DNA from: the human T2T-CHM13v2.0 reference genome, Homo sapiens
Length of the DNA stretch: 64,000 nt
Assembly (NCBI RefSeq): GCF_009914755.1
Contig: NC_060927.1
Strand: one strand, 5' to 3'
This document shows positions 1-14,116 of this stretch, piece after piece. A model generated the notes under the pieces. The model searched no databases, was not told the origin of the DNA, and saw only the letters and a program-made list of their open reading frames with translations. A program made the position numbers and the translations under genes. Position 1 is the stretch's first letter; every line of letters begins with the position of its first letter.

Positions 1-589
1 TGTACTTTGTATCTTGAGCCCCCAACCTTGAGGATGAGTTGCCTCTAAATGCACACCTGACAATGTGTCTCCCCAGGCAAGTATAACACCAGAGAGAATG
101 CTCTTTCTGGATCAAAACCAAATTCTCAGAACAAAAATCTAGATGAGAGGATAATCTTATCTAGTTTTATTGGTAACCCACAGCAAAGTTTGTCCAAATG
201 AATGCCAGTCAAATGAAAACTACATTGGTCTGGGAGGACAGCTCAAATTAAAGGCTTATAGGGCCTATGCCTGTGTTCTACTCTATGACAACACTTCCAG
301 ATTGCACAATGCAAAACAGAAGCAGAAAAGAGAGAAAACAGAGATGAAAAGGAATAGCCTGACTCCACCAAAGATGCCAATCAAATGGGAAGTGATAACA
401 AATCCTAGGTACCAAAGTGAGACTAAATAGCCAAAGAACTCAAAATCAAAGAGCAGAGTTCAGAACCAGTGCTGACCCAATGTGTCAATGCAGACTCAAC
501 TGTGTGCAGTGAGGCACAAGAAGCCTTGGTGGGTACTGCACCTGGCAGAGAACTGGGATCCATGGTGACATGCAGTGCAGACAGTATCT

Positions 590-1097
590 CTGTGGAAACT
601 TCAAGAAAACTACAGAAACAAGTGAAGCTCACACAAATGAAAACAAACAGAGGCTAATTATTCAGAGCTTGCTCTAGCAAGGGAGTTGACCACCATCACT
701 TCTGCTTGGTAGAGACTCAAAGGCAGGAAGGGGAGTGAGAAAACTTCATAGTTATAAAAGGGGAAGGTTTCAGGTATGCTCTGACTGGATCTTGCTGTTG
801 GAAGCTGGAGGCAGGCTAAGTAGGAGCAGGGCATTTTGTGGTTTGGGAAGCATATTTAACTTTCTCTGATTGATCCTAAGTTGGAAGCAGGGGCAAAAAT
901 TGGGGAAATTGACTCATTGAGCAAGCTCTAATTCTTTTGGGCCATTTGCTGCAGCAGTTGTAGTTTGATTTCTTAGACTGGTTGCTGCTAAAGTGTTTTT
1001 GTTTCCTGAGCTGATTGCTGCAGAAACTGTGGGTCAGAGTTAGTTGTATTGCTATTTATGGTCTGGCCATTGCCCACTTGCATATTTAGTCTCTCAC
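590..1097 (-). mobile_element. ERV1-class LTR (MER31/MER4-group-like), probably with internal sequence at 1-590
   Basis: Terminus ...catatttagtctctcaca and tattcagagcttgctctagcaaggg resemble MER4-group LTRs. Subfamily and left edge uncertain. Confidence 0.45.
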
Positions 1098-1142
1098 AGT
1101 AGAATCCTGACATTGTAGATATTAAAAAAAAAAAACTGCCTT

Positions 1143-1530
1143 TAAAATCAAAACAATTGAACTCATGGAGAAAGAGAGTAGAAGGATGGTTACCAGAGGC
1201 TGGGAAGGGTAGTGGGAGAGCTGGGGGAGGAAGGTGGGGATGGTTAATGGATACCAAAAAATGGAATGAATAAGGTGTAGTATTTGATTGCACAACAGGC
1301 TATAGTCAATAATAATTTAATTGTAAATTTAAAAATCACTAAAAGAGTATAATTGGGTTGTTTGTAACATTATGGATAAATGCTTGAGGTGATGGATATC
1401 TCGTTTTCCATGATGTGATTATTATGCATTGCATGCCTGTATCAAAATATCTCATATACTCCATACATATATACACCTACTAAGTACCCACAAAAATTTA
1501 AAATAAAATTCCTTTTAAAAATAAAGAAAA
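1143..1530 (+). mobile_element. L1MA-type 3' end fragment
   Basis: acaattgaactcatggag...gagtagaaggatggttaccagaggctgggaaggg...tgcatgcctgtatcaaaatatctcat, followed by an A-rich tail. Confidence 0.85.
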
Positions 1531-2397
1531 AAACCACCTACCTAATGGACCACATTTTATTTTTTAGCTATTGAACTAGCAGTCACACCATAACAGTATT
1601 TGTTCATTCAACACTTTAAACTTTTTAATGTACTTTCAAATACATCATTCTCCCTTTTATCCTTACAACAACCTTGTGATCCTGAGAGGTTAATTACTTG
1701 AGGTCACTGAATGACTTTTGGCTAGAATAAGGATTAGATAATATTACAGAGTGACTTGTAATATATAACTCAAATTGTTAGGTATAGATAATCCATACAA
1801 ATGGCTTTAAAATAAATATTTTGGGTTTCATGCTATGATGAAGGATCTGTTCCATTTGCTTCCAATTTAGTTGCGTAAAGTTGAGATAAAATCTTGAAGG
1901 AAGGGTCATAGCACCATTTAAATACCCACAGGTCTGTCATGTGGAAGAAGTATTAAGTTTATTCCTATGACTCCAGAGGGCAGAACTAGTACAAGTGAGT
2001 AGAAGACAGGCAGATTTCAACTAAGAATATGAAATGTCTTTCTAATAATGAGACACTTGCCCCCAAAAGAAGGTGTTGACTTGTGAAAGAACCAGTTCCT
2101 CATCTCTTATAGTGTTTAAAAAGAACGCCATAATAGAACTCCATAATCCTAGAGACTCCTTTAACTGGTCACACCAGCTAACCTCCAGGACCTTCGTAGA
2201 TTTCAAGTTTATGAAATGTTGTTGAACTTTGAAAAGAGGCACAGATATTTTGAATACAACAGTTTAAAGTCATTCAAATTCTGGATGAAATTATTTCGTT
2301 ATGCTCCTCAAAAACAGTGAGTTCTATTTGAAGTTTTACCCCCAGACTCTCCTTTGAATTAGTATTTTTGCCCATATACCCATATATTTTCAAGAAA

Positions 2398-2469
2398 TTT
2401 CTTTCTTTCCTTCCTTCCTTCCTTCCTTCCTTTCTTCCTTCCTTCTTCCTTCCTTCCTTTCTTCCTTTT
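2398..2469. repeat. (TTCC)n / GGAA microsatellite derived from an Alu tail
   Basis: Directly visible interrupted TTCC array. Confidence 0.95.
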
Positions 2470-2753
2470 GAGATAGGGTCCTGCTCTGTCATCCAAGCTG
2501 GGGTGCAGTGGGGTGTTCACGGCTCATTGCAGCCTCGACCTCCCGGACTCAAGCAGTCCTCCCAACTCAACTCCCAAGTAGCTAGGACGACAGGCATGCA
2601 CCACCACGCCCAGCTATTTTTGTATTTTTTGTAGAGATGGGGTTTCATCATGTTGCCCAGACTTGTCATGAACACATGGCCTCAAGCTAGCCCACCTCCC
2701 ACTTCAGCCTCCCAAAGTGCTGGGATTACAGGCATGAGCCACTGCACCTGGCC
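2466..2753 (-). mobile_element. Alu (AluJ-like)
   Basis: Antisense Alu dimer gagatagggtc...ctcccaaagtgctgggattacaggcatgagcc, highly diverged. Confidence 0.93.
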
Positions 2754-3479
2754 AAGAACATTCAAAACTTTAAAACTGAAAATTGTCCTAATAAGGAGTC
2801 TACTAACTTAATCTTCCATCAGCATTGTTTTCTGATTTCACAGAAAACTTTACAACAAATGTATTGCATTCATTCTTGATGTTTTAAGAAATTAAAGGAA
2901 TTAGACAAGGTAAAAACAAAAACAAATCTATCTCTTTAAAGATGGCAAGGACTAGGATTTTAATCTGTAATCTTAAATTTTTGAAAAAGATCTTTTCCTT
3001 CTTAATGACTTCTTTTTAAATGGTCCTTCAGGTTGAACACAATTACATTCTTTTATAGTATACAGTAATGAAGCTGAAATAAAACAGTGAGTTCTCTTCC
3101 ACACGTAAATTGTGATTGTTCAATGTTCTGCAAGGTCTTCTGATGGCCCCATTCTCACCCTGCTCCTTACCTGCCTCTTTAACTCTTTAAATCTAATCCC
3201 CTAATTTTTATCAGAAAAGTATTTCCTTTTTACGATAGGCTGTGGTTTCTGCCTTTAAAAAAACAATCCTGGGGTTTCTCTCAGAATCTGGAAGAAGTCA
3301 TTGCAATGGTAAAGTAGGTAAGAGGCTGGGGTGGAAAGAAATGCCTTCTGCATAAATCTAGTTAGTCTGAGTCGTTTTTTGACAACTTCCGGGACCAGAC
3401 TTCAGGCAGTGCTGGAAATTGTTCTCTTTACCATATCTTTTTTTTTTTAACTGTACATATTTACATACATACACATATG

Positions 3480-4770
3480 GTGAGGGAGAGAACGTGATGA
3501 CGTGAGACTCTCCATGGAGAGTAGGAGGTAATAAAGAAATAAAACAGGTGTCTGAGGAGAGGTTCTATTAGAGAGGGGAGAATAGAGAGTAATTATCGTT
3601 CAGACAGGCAAGAGTTCTCTGCAGGTAGCAGCCTGGGAAAGCGAACTCGCGCACCCTCTTGGGGGACGGGCTCTTTTGCTTTCTATTTCTTCTCCTGCAG
3701 CCAGGGTGCACACGTATTTGAAACAGACCGAATTTCCTCCTCGATGTGGCGTCAGGTTGACTTTTCGAGACTAGCGGGTATTTCTTTTTAATGACTCCAA
3801 TGCCTTTTTATTATTGCTGTTATTGAGGTTGAGGGAGAAGAGATCGGTCTAAATTCTGGCTGGGTAAGTGGGGGGATTCTCGGCGATGAGAAACGGGGGA
3901 CTTAGAAGCCGGAGGAAAATCAGCAGCCCCACATCTCCACTTCTCCAGTCCGCCCTACTCTCCACCCGTGACCTCCAGTGGAGACCCCAGGCGGCAGCAT
4001 CAGTATTTGATCGGCCCTTCGTCAGCACGCTGCCAGCCCTGGCCGGCTGGGTTCGCCAGGCATCACCCGCTCGGCTCTGAAGCGGACGCCTGGCCCTGCA
4101 CCGGGCTTTGGAAGGACCCTCTCTGCGCTCGCCCCCTCCCCAGGGTGGCTCCGCTTTCGAGCCCGGGCGCGGTGCCCACCATGCGCAGCTGCCTGCGGCT
4201 CGCGCTGCTCTGCGCGCTGCCCTGGCTCCTGCTGGCGGCGTCGCCCGGGCACCCGGCGAAATCCCCCAGGCAGCCCCCGGCACCGCGCCGCGACCCCTTC
4301 GACGCTGCCAGGGGCGCCGATTTCGATCATGTCTACAGCGGGGTGGTGAACCTTAGCACCGAGAACATCTACTCTTTCAACTACACCAGCCAGCCCGACC
4401 AGGTAAGACACTCGCTCCCCTCGCTCGACTCCTAGAACTTGCCAGATCTCAGAGCCCCGTCGCTGCTTTGGAGTCCCCTGGGAATTGACCTTGGGAGACT
4501 TCGGGGACCAGGGGACTTTCTTTCCCTTTCTCCTCCGAAGCAATCGCTGCCCTGCCCTAGCTGCCTCAACACGCCTCGGGGACAACTCTGCTTCGCCTCG
4601 CGCCTCTCCTGGCCTGGTCAAGGGCATTGCTGGGCTTTGCAGAGGCACCAGTTCCCCGCACCGTCTGCGGGTCCTGGGTCCCTGCTGGGTCTTTCTCCAG
4701 GAAAGTCCTGATTTCTAGGGTTGCGGGGTGTGGTGTGGAGTGCGAAGAAGAACCGCACCTCGGTTCCTAA
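3480..4770 (+). promoter_or_regulatory. CpG island / promoter and 5' leader of SIDT1
   Basis: Sharp rise in GC and CpG density spanning exon 1. CRE-like TGACGTGA at ~3498, GC box CCGCCC at 3950. The TSS cannot be fixed from sequence alone. Confidence 0.85.
4181..4402 (+). CDS. SIDT1: SIDT1 coding exon 1 (signal peptide and start of extracellular domain, 74 codons)
   Basis: Kozak-like gcccaccATG at 4181. Translation MRSCLRLALLCALPWLLLAASPGHPAK...NLSTENIYSFNYTSQPDQ matches the SIDT1 N-terminus as I recall it. Donor CAG|gtaaga, phase 0. Confidence 0.97.
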
Positions 4771-5220
4771 TCCCCTGCAGGGAAGAAACCTAATTTCAAG
4801 TGGCTGATTCAGCCAGACCCTTCTATTTCATAGCGCATGGGGAGGGAGAACTGCTCAGAATCTAAAATGGAAATTGTGTGAAAATGGACGGAAGCTGCAG
4901 AACCTCTGTGCATTCAACAGTCACTTCCTGCGTTTTTGTGCCATTGTCACACGTTGTGCTTCAGAGACGCCAGAAGACCTGGGCAAAGACGTGAGAACTG
5001 CAGCCATCAGCTGATCCATCCAGGTTTTGATTTTAAATAAGGATGGATAATTGTGTGAAAGTTCTAGACCTATTTTTGACAAAAGTTGAGGGAAGATAAG
5101 GAGGGAAAAATGTTCCAGTGACTATCCCTTTGACATATATACTCCGATTATATAACGTAAGAAGATGCATATAGTTCATTTCTTTCCTCTAGTGTGGTAC
5201 CTCTGGAGCACTGGGCGGGG

Positions 5221-5278
5221 AGAGAGAGGGAGACAGAGAGAGAAAGAGAGAAAGAGAGACAGAGACAGAGACAGAGAC
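5221..5278. repeat. GA/GAGACA purine-rich microsatellite
   Basis: Directly visible. Confidence 0.9.
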
Positions 5279-6150
5279 TCCCCAGTGTACCAACCTCTGG
5301 ATCTTCTTCCCATATAAATGTGTTTATGTATCCCTTACTATACCAGCATCCCCTACCCTCTAGGGAAATTCCAGAACTAGATGATTGGGATACCATGATA
5401 TGCCTCCGTCTGATTCTCACTCCAGATCGGAACTAGAAAACCTCATCACTTCCCAAAGTGAGGGTGGTTTGTATTGAGCAGGGGGGACCAATGTGCCTAA
5501 CACTGCTCCTAGACATCTTCCAGCTGTGTGTAGCCAGAAAGTGCCCTGAGTGCCCCATCTCCAGTGTGGCACCAAATCCTATGGCACTGTTACCATGGCA
5601 GCACAGCCCTCACCCTGCTCTGTCCTCCAGTAACCTTCAGGTTATATGTTCTGTAGTGAGCAGAGTGGCTGTATGCAGAGCCATTTCATGGTAGACAAGG
5701 GAGAGGCTGCAGTTTTTGTTTCCCAAACGCCATATACCCAGCCTCTTTCTATCTAGCGTGGGAGAACTCATCGACTGGTTGACATGTTGCACGTGAGGTG
5801 TGTTCCTAGTCCTGTGATTGGCTGGGAGCAGAAAAAAGTCTGAAAACTCCATGATCTCTGGAGTAAGTCTCAGCTTCCCCCTAAATCATTGGTAAGAAAA
5901 CTCAAATTACATGTGCTAAGTAAATCCTGACATCAGGCTTTGGTATTTCTTGCAGTTCTGCATAGAGATAGAGCATCTACTTATGAATTGTTGCCTTTAC
6001 ATTTTCCCCTTGTACTGTGTGAGTTTTGCACTTGAGATCACCTGGTTGACTTCCCTAGTAAACCTTGAGATATTGAGGGCAGGGGCAAAGTCATGTTCAT
6101 CTCTGCCCTCCAGTACCTAGCACAGTGAATGGCACATAAGAGGTTTATAA

Positions 6151-6458
6151 GCCAGGCATGATGGCTCACACCTGTAATCCCAGCACTCTGGAGGACAAAG
6201 TGGGAGGATTGCTTGAGACCAGGAGTTCAAGACCAGCCTGGAAAACATAATGAGACCCTCTCTCTACAAAAAATTAAAAAATTAGCTGGGTGTGATGGCA
6301 CATGCGCCTGTCGTCCCAGCTACTTAGGAGGCGGAGGCAGGAGGATCACTTGAGCCCAGGAATTTGAGGCTGCAGTGAGCTGAGCTCTTGCCACTGTACT
6401 CCCACTGGGGACAGAGTGATACCCTGTTTTTTCAAAATTTTTTTTTTTTTAAAGAAAA
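6151..6458 (+). mobile_element. Alu (AluJ-like) with target-site duplication
   Basis: Sense Alu dimer flanked by agaggtttataa / agaggcttataa. Confidence 0.92.
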
Positions 6459-8786
6459 GAGAGGCTTATAAAAAACATTTAGTGTTTTCCAAAAATGAAC
6501 AAATAAGTGAATAAAGGGTTATTAGCTAAGGCTAAATAAAATGAAATGTATACTGTTTTCTATTCAATAGTTTGGAAAATGTGAGATCATTTCAGATAAA
6601 AACATAAAAACAAATTTCTTTCATAAAACAAATTTGGTTTTTATAAAAACACATTTTAAAAATTGTTCTATTATGCCCTATTTTGTCTGTGTGTGTTAAC
6701 ATGTCCTTTATTTTATGAAACAGTTTTGAAAATATTTTTGAATGACACAGTAAAAGGTTGATGACCCAAGCAGTCCCTAGAATTTTTGTTAAAATATTAC
6801 TAGTCTGAGAAATACAAAGTTGGGAACCATGGGAGCAGGAGATAACAAGAATTTCAATTATTTTAGTGCCAGTATTCTCAATATAAGCCAAATGTCCTCA
6901 AATCTTACAGCCTTCTGGGACCAATCTTTAATATGCAAATGCTGTAGTGGAGCCCTCAAAAGCCACTTACTGTGGGAAATTAACCTCCTGTCCTACCAGC
7001 CAGTATTCCTGTTGCTTTCTCCAGAGAAGACATTTTCTTGATCTGTCTGTCCAAACCATTACCTTCGGTTCCTACTCTCTTCTTAGTTCTTCTTATCCTG
7101 CATAAGATATCAGCAGCCCCTTCTTGCAGGTACACAAGGCTGTTGGATGTAGCAGAATTTTACTGAAGGTTTGGAATAACATAGAGGAATGACATCACAG
7201 CACAAGATAGGTGATAGATTAAATCAGAAACCTAGGCCATACTGTTCCGACAATTTACCACCAGGGGGATTTCAAGATAGCGACGCTCTCTTTCAGGCAC
7301 TGGTTTGTCACTATCTTCTTGGCCATCCCCTCATACCTCCTCAAATGCTGACCCCCACCCACTAAATTTTTGTTACTCTCCCATGTTGTGCAATTTTTGC
7401 CATCATTGCTTATCCCACACTCACTAAGAGGCTCTGTTAAATAGAGATGTATGATCCCAGACCTACGATCTTTAGAGCAGAAGTCTGGACATGACTGGTT
7501 TCCCTTTAACCTGAACAAAGTCTTGATAAGGTAAGTCTTTCTAGCCTGCAGGGTCATTGCCCACCTCCCCTCTTCAGTGCAACAAAGAATTTGGTTTAGG
7601 GAAAAAAATGGCTAGTTTTTGAGCTTTAATCTTTGTTTTCCTCTTTCTTCAAGCCATTGTTGCTTGACATTATTTTTCCTGTGCCTTGGAGGAGAAAGTC
7701 TATTCTAAGTTTAGGCTTAAAGACAGGAAGCTGTTGTGGGAGCCATTGCTCCTAATCTTTCCTGTCAGCCACTGCATCTCCCATACCAAACTGTCCCAGA
7801 GAACTATTTTGCCAAGCTTGTGTCATACTAGTTAGCTGCACTCAGCACCAGGAAAAGTCTCATATGCCTTCCAGGCATAGGGTAATGTAAATATGAAGTT
7901 GCCTTCAAAAAAATCACTGAGAGAATGGAATGACTGCTTCAAATAAGAATGATGAAAATAATAATTGGAGGTGCAAGTTAGGCAAGATCATGATTCATTT
8001 CATTTCTCTGGAAGGAAGTGTCTGGAGACTCTCTTTAAGAGGAGGAGGGCTATACTGTGCAAACAGGGTGTTCTATAACCACAGGGCTCAGCCAGGCTAG
8101 AAGGAAACTACCTTGTTGGGAAAGTTTCCAGGGATATGTTTGACTGGGACAGAAGGCACAAATGCAGGTTTACTGGGAAATGAGAATACTCTTGTAGAGA
8201 CAGGTGGCAGCAACAATCAGATGTTTCTATTTGAGCTAGATGGTGATAAGAAACCCTTAAATAAAATCTAACCACTGGGCAACAGGCTGTCTTCTCTGAG
8301 GTTTTCCTGTAAGAATTTAGTTTGCCATAGATTTTTTAATTTGAAATATTTCCCTGGAAGTATTTCTTTTATCTCATTTATTAACTAAGGCATTTATCTT
8401 TTAATGACATATATTATACTTTTCCATGCCCAAGGAACAACCCTCATCTTCATTAATATAAACCAGTAGTTGTATACCTAGAACCAGTTAAACCAGTCTC
8501 TTGGATCCAGATTCAAAAAGCCTACCCAGTCCTTAAGAACAATGAAATGCCCATGTGGACACTCCAGTGGTAACCTCTAGCTATATGCATTACTAATTAT
8601 ATGGAAGAATTTAAAACTTTGATATGATGGCCTGAGTTCTCCATGTCTCGTATAGGAATGCTTACTCTTTATGTACTGAGGCCAAGAAGCCTCCTCTGCT
8701 GTCCTCCCACATCCTTTTGCTGAACTGCACTAGTGCTTGTTGGAGGAAAGACTCATCTCATTAGCACATTATCTGAATGATTGGAC

Positions 8787-9392
<606 letters not shown>

Positions 9393-9564
9393 ATCACCTC
9401 CTACATTTTTCTCAGAGACTGTGAAAACAGGGCATCAGTGTGTGTCATGGGTTGTTTAGGAGATAACATTACTCCAGTTATGGGTCTGATGTTATGGAGG
9501 AGCTGCCTTCTGCCTACGCAGACTTGATAATCAGGTGGTAAGTTGTGTGATGGATTCTGTAAGC

Positions 9565-9850
9565 CTGTGCTGTCCAGTGGCTATTGAGAACTTGAAATGT
9601 GACTAGTCTGAATGGAAATGTGCTGTTAAACATAGAATACATACCGGATATTGAAGACCATACAACAAAAATAATAGAAAATGTGTCGTTAGTATTTGTA
9701 TGTTGTGTTTAAGTGATAATACTTTTGATGTATTAAATTAACTATAGTCATAAAATTAACTATATCTGTTTCTCTTTACCATTTTAATGTAGTTACCAGA
9801 AAATTTTCAAACACACATGTGGCTCACATTTTGTTTTTATTGAACAGCAG
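9565..9850. mobile_element. MER33-like hAT-Charlie DNA transposon relic
   Basis: ctgtgctgtcca...gtggctattgagaacttgaaatgtgactagt...catgtggctcacatt...tattgaacagcag with degenerate terminal inverted repeats. Confidence 0.8.
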
Positions 9851-10857
9851 TTCTCCAAGTACTGTAAGATTTAAGAGAGAACATACCTCCTCCACATAGC
9901 TTTGTTGGAGGAAATGAGATTTGAGAAGCTTATGATAGGTAAGCAGTATTTTGGTCGGCAGAAAGAAAGGGGAAAGGCATTTCGGATACGGAAAAATATA
10001 TCCAATTTATGTTTTGGCAAGACTACGTCAAAGGTGGTATGGTATATTTCTTCCAGAAAGCACATAATTTCTGATTGTGTCTTTTTTTTATGGTAGCCAC
10101 CATTGATCATCATTGCCTAGTTCCATGAATTCATTAGGAGCAGCAAGATAATGATATTTTAATTCTCTTATTTATTTTTCATTTTATGAGCTGGAATACT
10201 TCTATAACGGGAAACTTCACCTTGTGGGCTATTTGGTTACCTTAAGCTATCGTTTGTAAAGAAAAAATGAAATAAATGCTTTATTTCTTTACCTTTACCA
10301 ATTTTTAAAATAATGAGTTGGTCTCCTAATAGCCTATAATGATGATCAATGAGATTTTACTTAGCATAATCATGAGCTTATGCATTTAAACATATCTGAT
10401 ATATTTTATTCCATTACAGTTATTATCCTTATTTAAGTTTAAATTGTTCATCTTTGGCCAGTGAAAGGCAATTCAAGTTGGCTCCTGAATTCTTCTGGTA
10501 AAACTCAAGTGCTCTTTGACAGCTTCCTTGCTTTCTTGAATGAAGTTATTCCTTTCCCCAACCTGCAACCAGTCATTTCTGCAGGAAGGTCCAAGTCTAT
10601 TCCTTGGAGCAATAGAGTTTTTAGAGACCACAGTCTGGGAACTAGAGGTCCTTATTAAGAATGGATTGGTAACCTTTTTCTAAGCCTTTTCAGTGGACAT
10701 GCTAAGAAATAGATCATAAGTTTATACTATGACTTCCAATTCAAATTCGGAAATATACGGTTTTTATTTAACCTCATCCTTAATGGAAGATATCACATCC
10801 ACATCTTCTTTCATTCATGCCAAAAATCCTAGTTCTCAACTAGATCAACTTAGTTAC

Positions 10858-11526
<669 letters not shown>

Positions 11527-12247
11527 ATTACTCATTTGCTTTATCCCCAAAGAAACACACAACCATTTTAGAAAACAATACTAACATTACTACCAACAAT
11601 AAGATGACTGGAAACAATTTAAGATTTATTTATACAGTTTGTTTTCTTAGATTATATTTCATCATGGGTGTTGAGTGAAATTACTGTGCTTTAAGGTAAC
11701 ATTGCATAGACCCTGTTAGTGCTATCAACTTGTTAGGCTCATTGTTTCATTTTACTTCTGAATTTTAGATATTGCATCTTAATTTTGTTTGAAAATTAAA
11801 AACAAAAATCTGCAAAACATGGGATATTCAAAGCATAGCTTCTGTCCTTGTCTTCTGTACCCTCTTCCCTCTCTTCCTCTACAAGTAACCATTAAAAAAT
11901 TTATAAGGTATAAAATAAATTGTTTTTTTAAACAAAGTTTTTGTCTTTGTTCTAATGGTTTCCTTTGTACTAATACATTTTATAATGCCCTTAGTCTCCC
12001 CTATTTTTGTCTATTGTCTATTCATCCTCAGTGATAAGCAATATTGAAATTAGCTGATACCTTCACCCTCTCTTTCTTCAATAAGATGACTAATTTAGAC
12101 AAAATCTAAATAACTAGTTAATACCCTTAAAGAAAGTAATGAACTTATTCTATCAGATATTCTCTCCATTCATCCTCCATTTTTGGTGAGTTGTATTTGC
12201 ATTGTTAGAGTATATAGCCATTACGAGCTATATTGTCTTCCTTCTAA

Positions 12248-12625
<378 letters not shown>

Positions 12626-12709
12626 AGTACATATATATTTAAAGTTCTAGTCCTTATGTTAATGTCATCCAATCATTTCGATTGTCTAAATTTTATTCTC
12701 CAGGGAATA

Positions 12710-12789
12710 TTGGGTTGGTGCAAAAGTAATTGCAGTTTTTACAATTAAAAGTAATAGAAAAACCCACAATTACTTTTGCACCAATCTGA
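12710..12789. mobile_element. MADE1 (Hsmar1-derived mariner MITE)
   Basis: 80-bp near-palindrome ttgggttggtgcaaaagtaattgc...caattacttttgcaccaatctga, flanked by TA on both sides. Confidence 0.93.
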
Positions 12790-12963
12790 TACTTCAGGGA
12801 GGACTCACGAGAACCATATTCTCACTTTCATGTTTATAACAGCCTATATGTAGCCTTTGTACTTGAAGGTCTGTTTAGCTGGATATAAAATCCTTGTCTC
12901 ACATTTTTTTTCTCTGCTTTTTCAATATGTTACTCCTTTGTCTTCTGGCAAAAGTGAAAATAA

Positions 12964-13379
<416 letters not shown>

Positions 13380-14056
13380 TAGTAGGTCAGTTTTTCCCAG
13401 GTATGTGATGTAACTTTTGAATATGTAGCTTCAGTAATTTTTTATGTCTGAAAATTTTTCTTAGAGTTTTTAGTATTAGTTTGTTCCAATACCTGATTAT
13501 CTTATTTAGGGATTCTCTTTTTACTTATGTTGGCCCTTCTTTTGGGGTTTTCTATAACTATTTTTCCAGAATTACTTTATATCTTTTTAAATATGCTGTC
13601 TGAATTTAAAGTTTTTTCCTTTTCATCTTCTATTTTCCTTAAGACATTATCACGATATTTATTATATTCTTAATGTTTTATAGACATGACTTGTTCACCA
13701 TTTGAAATAATGTTTTCTGCTTCTTACATTTTTTACTTACAGTGACTTTGTATGGAACATAACTGCAATCCTTGTCTATTGCTCAAGTGTTTACATTAGA
13801 TTAGTATTTCTTACCTTTAGAAGGGAAGGGAAGATCTGGGTAGCTTTCCTAGCATTCTTCTGTTGTGTTTGTGAAGTGATCAAAACATGATTTTCTTTCT
13901 GAGATCTGCTTCCATAGCTTCCTTCTTTCATTTTATGGAGATTTTCTCTTCCTTTTGCCCCTATATTCTCCATCCTTCTCAATTTGGATTGCACTCCCAT
14001 AGTTTTTCCTCAGGCAGGGCTTTTTCTAGGAAGAGACTTTTAATTAGTTTTTGCTT

Positions 14057-14060
<4 letters not shown>

Positions 14061-14097
<37 letters not shown>

Positions 14098-14116
14098 TTT
14101 GTTTGTTTGTTTGTTT
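14061..14116. repeat. (GT)n then (GTTT)n microsatellite
   Basis: Directly visible. Confidence 0.95.

Noticed and set aside
3849-4648. Long antisense ORFs (144 aa and 208 aa) and alternative-frame ORFs over exon 1
   Set aside because: Expected in a GC-rich CpG island that is poor in stop codons. Low-complexity Arg/Ala/Pro/Gly composition and no recognisable domain.
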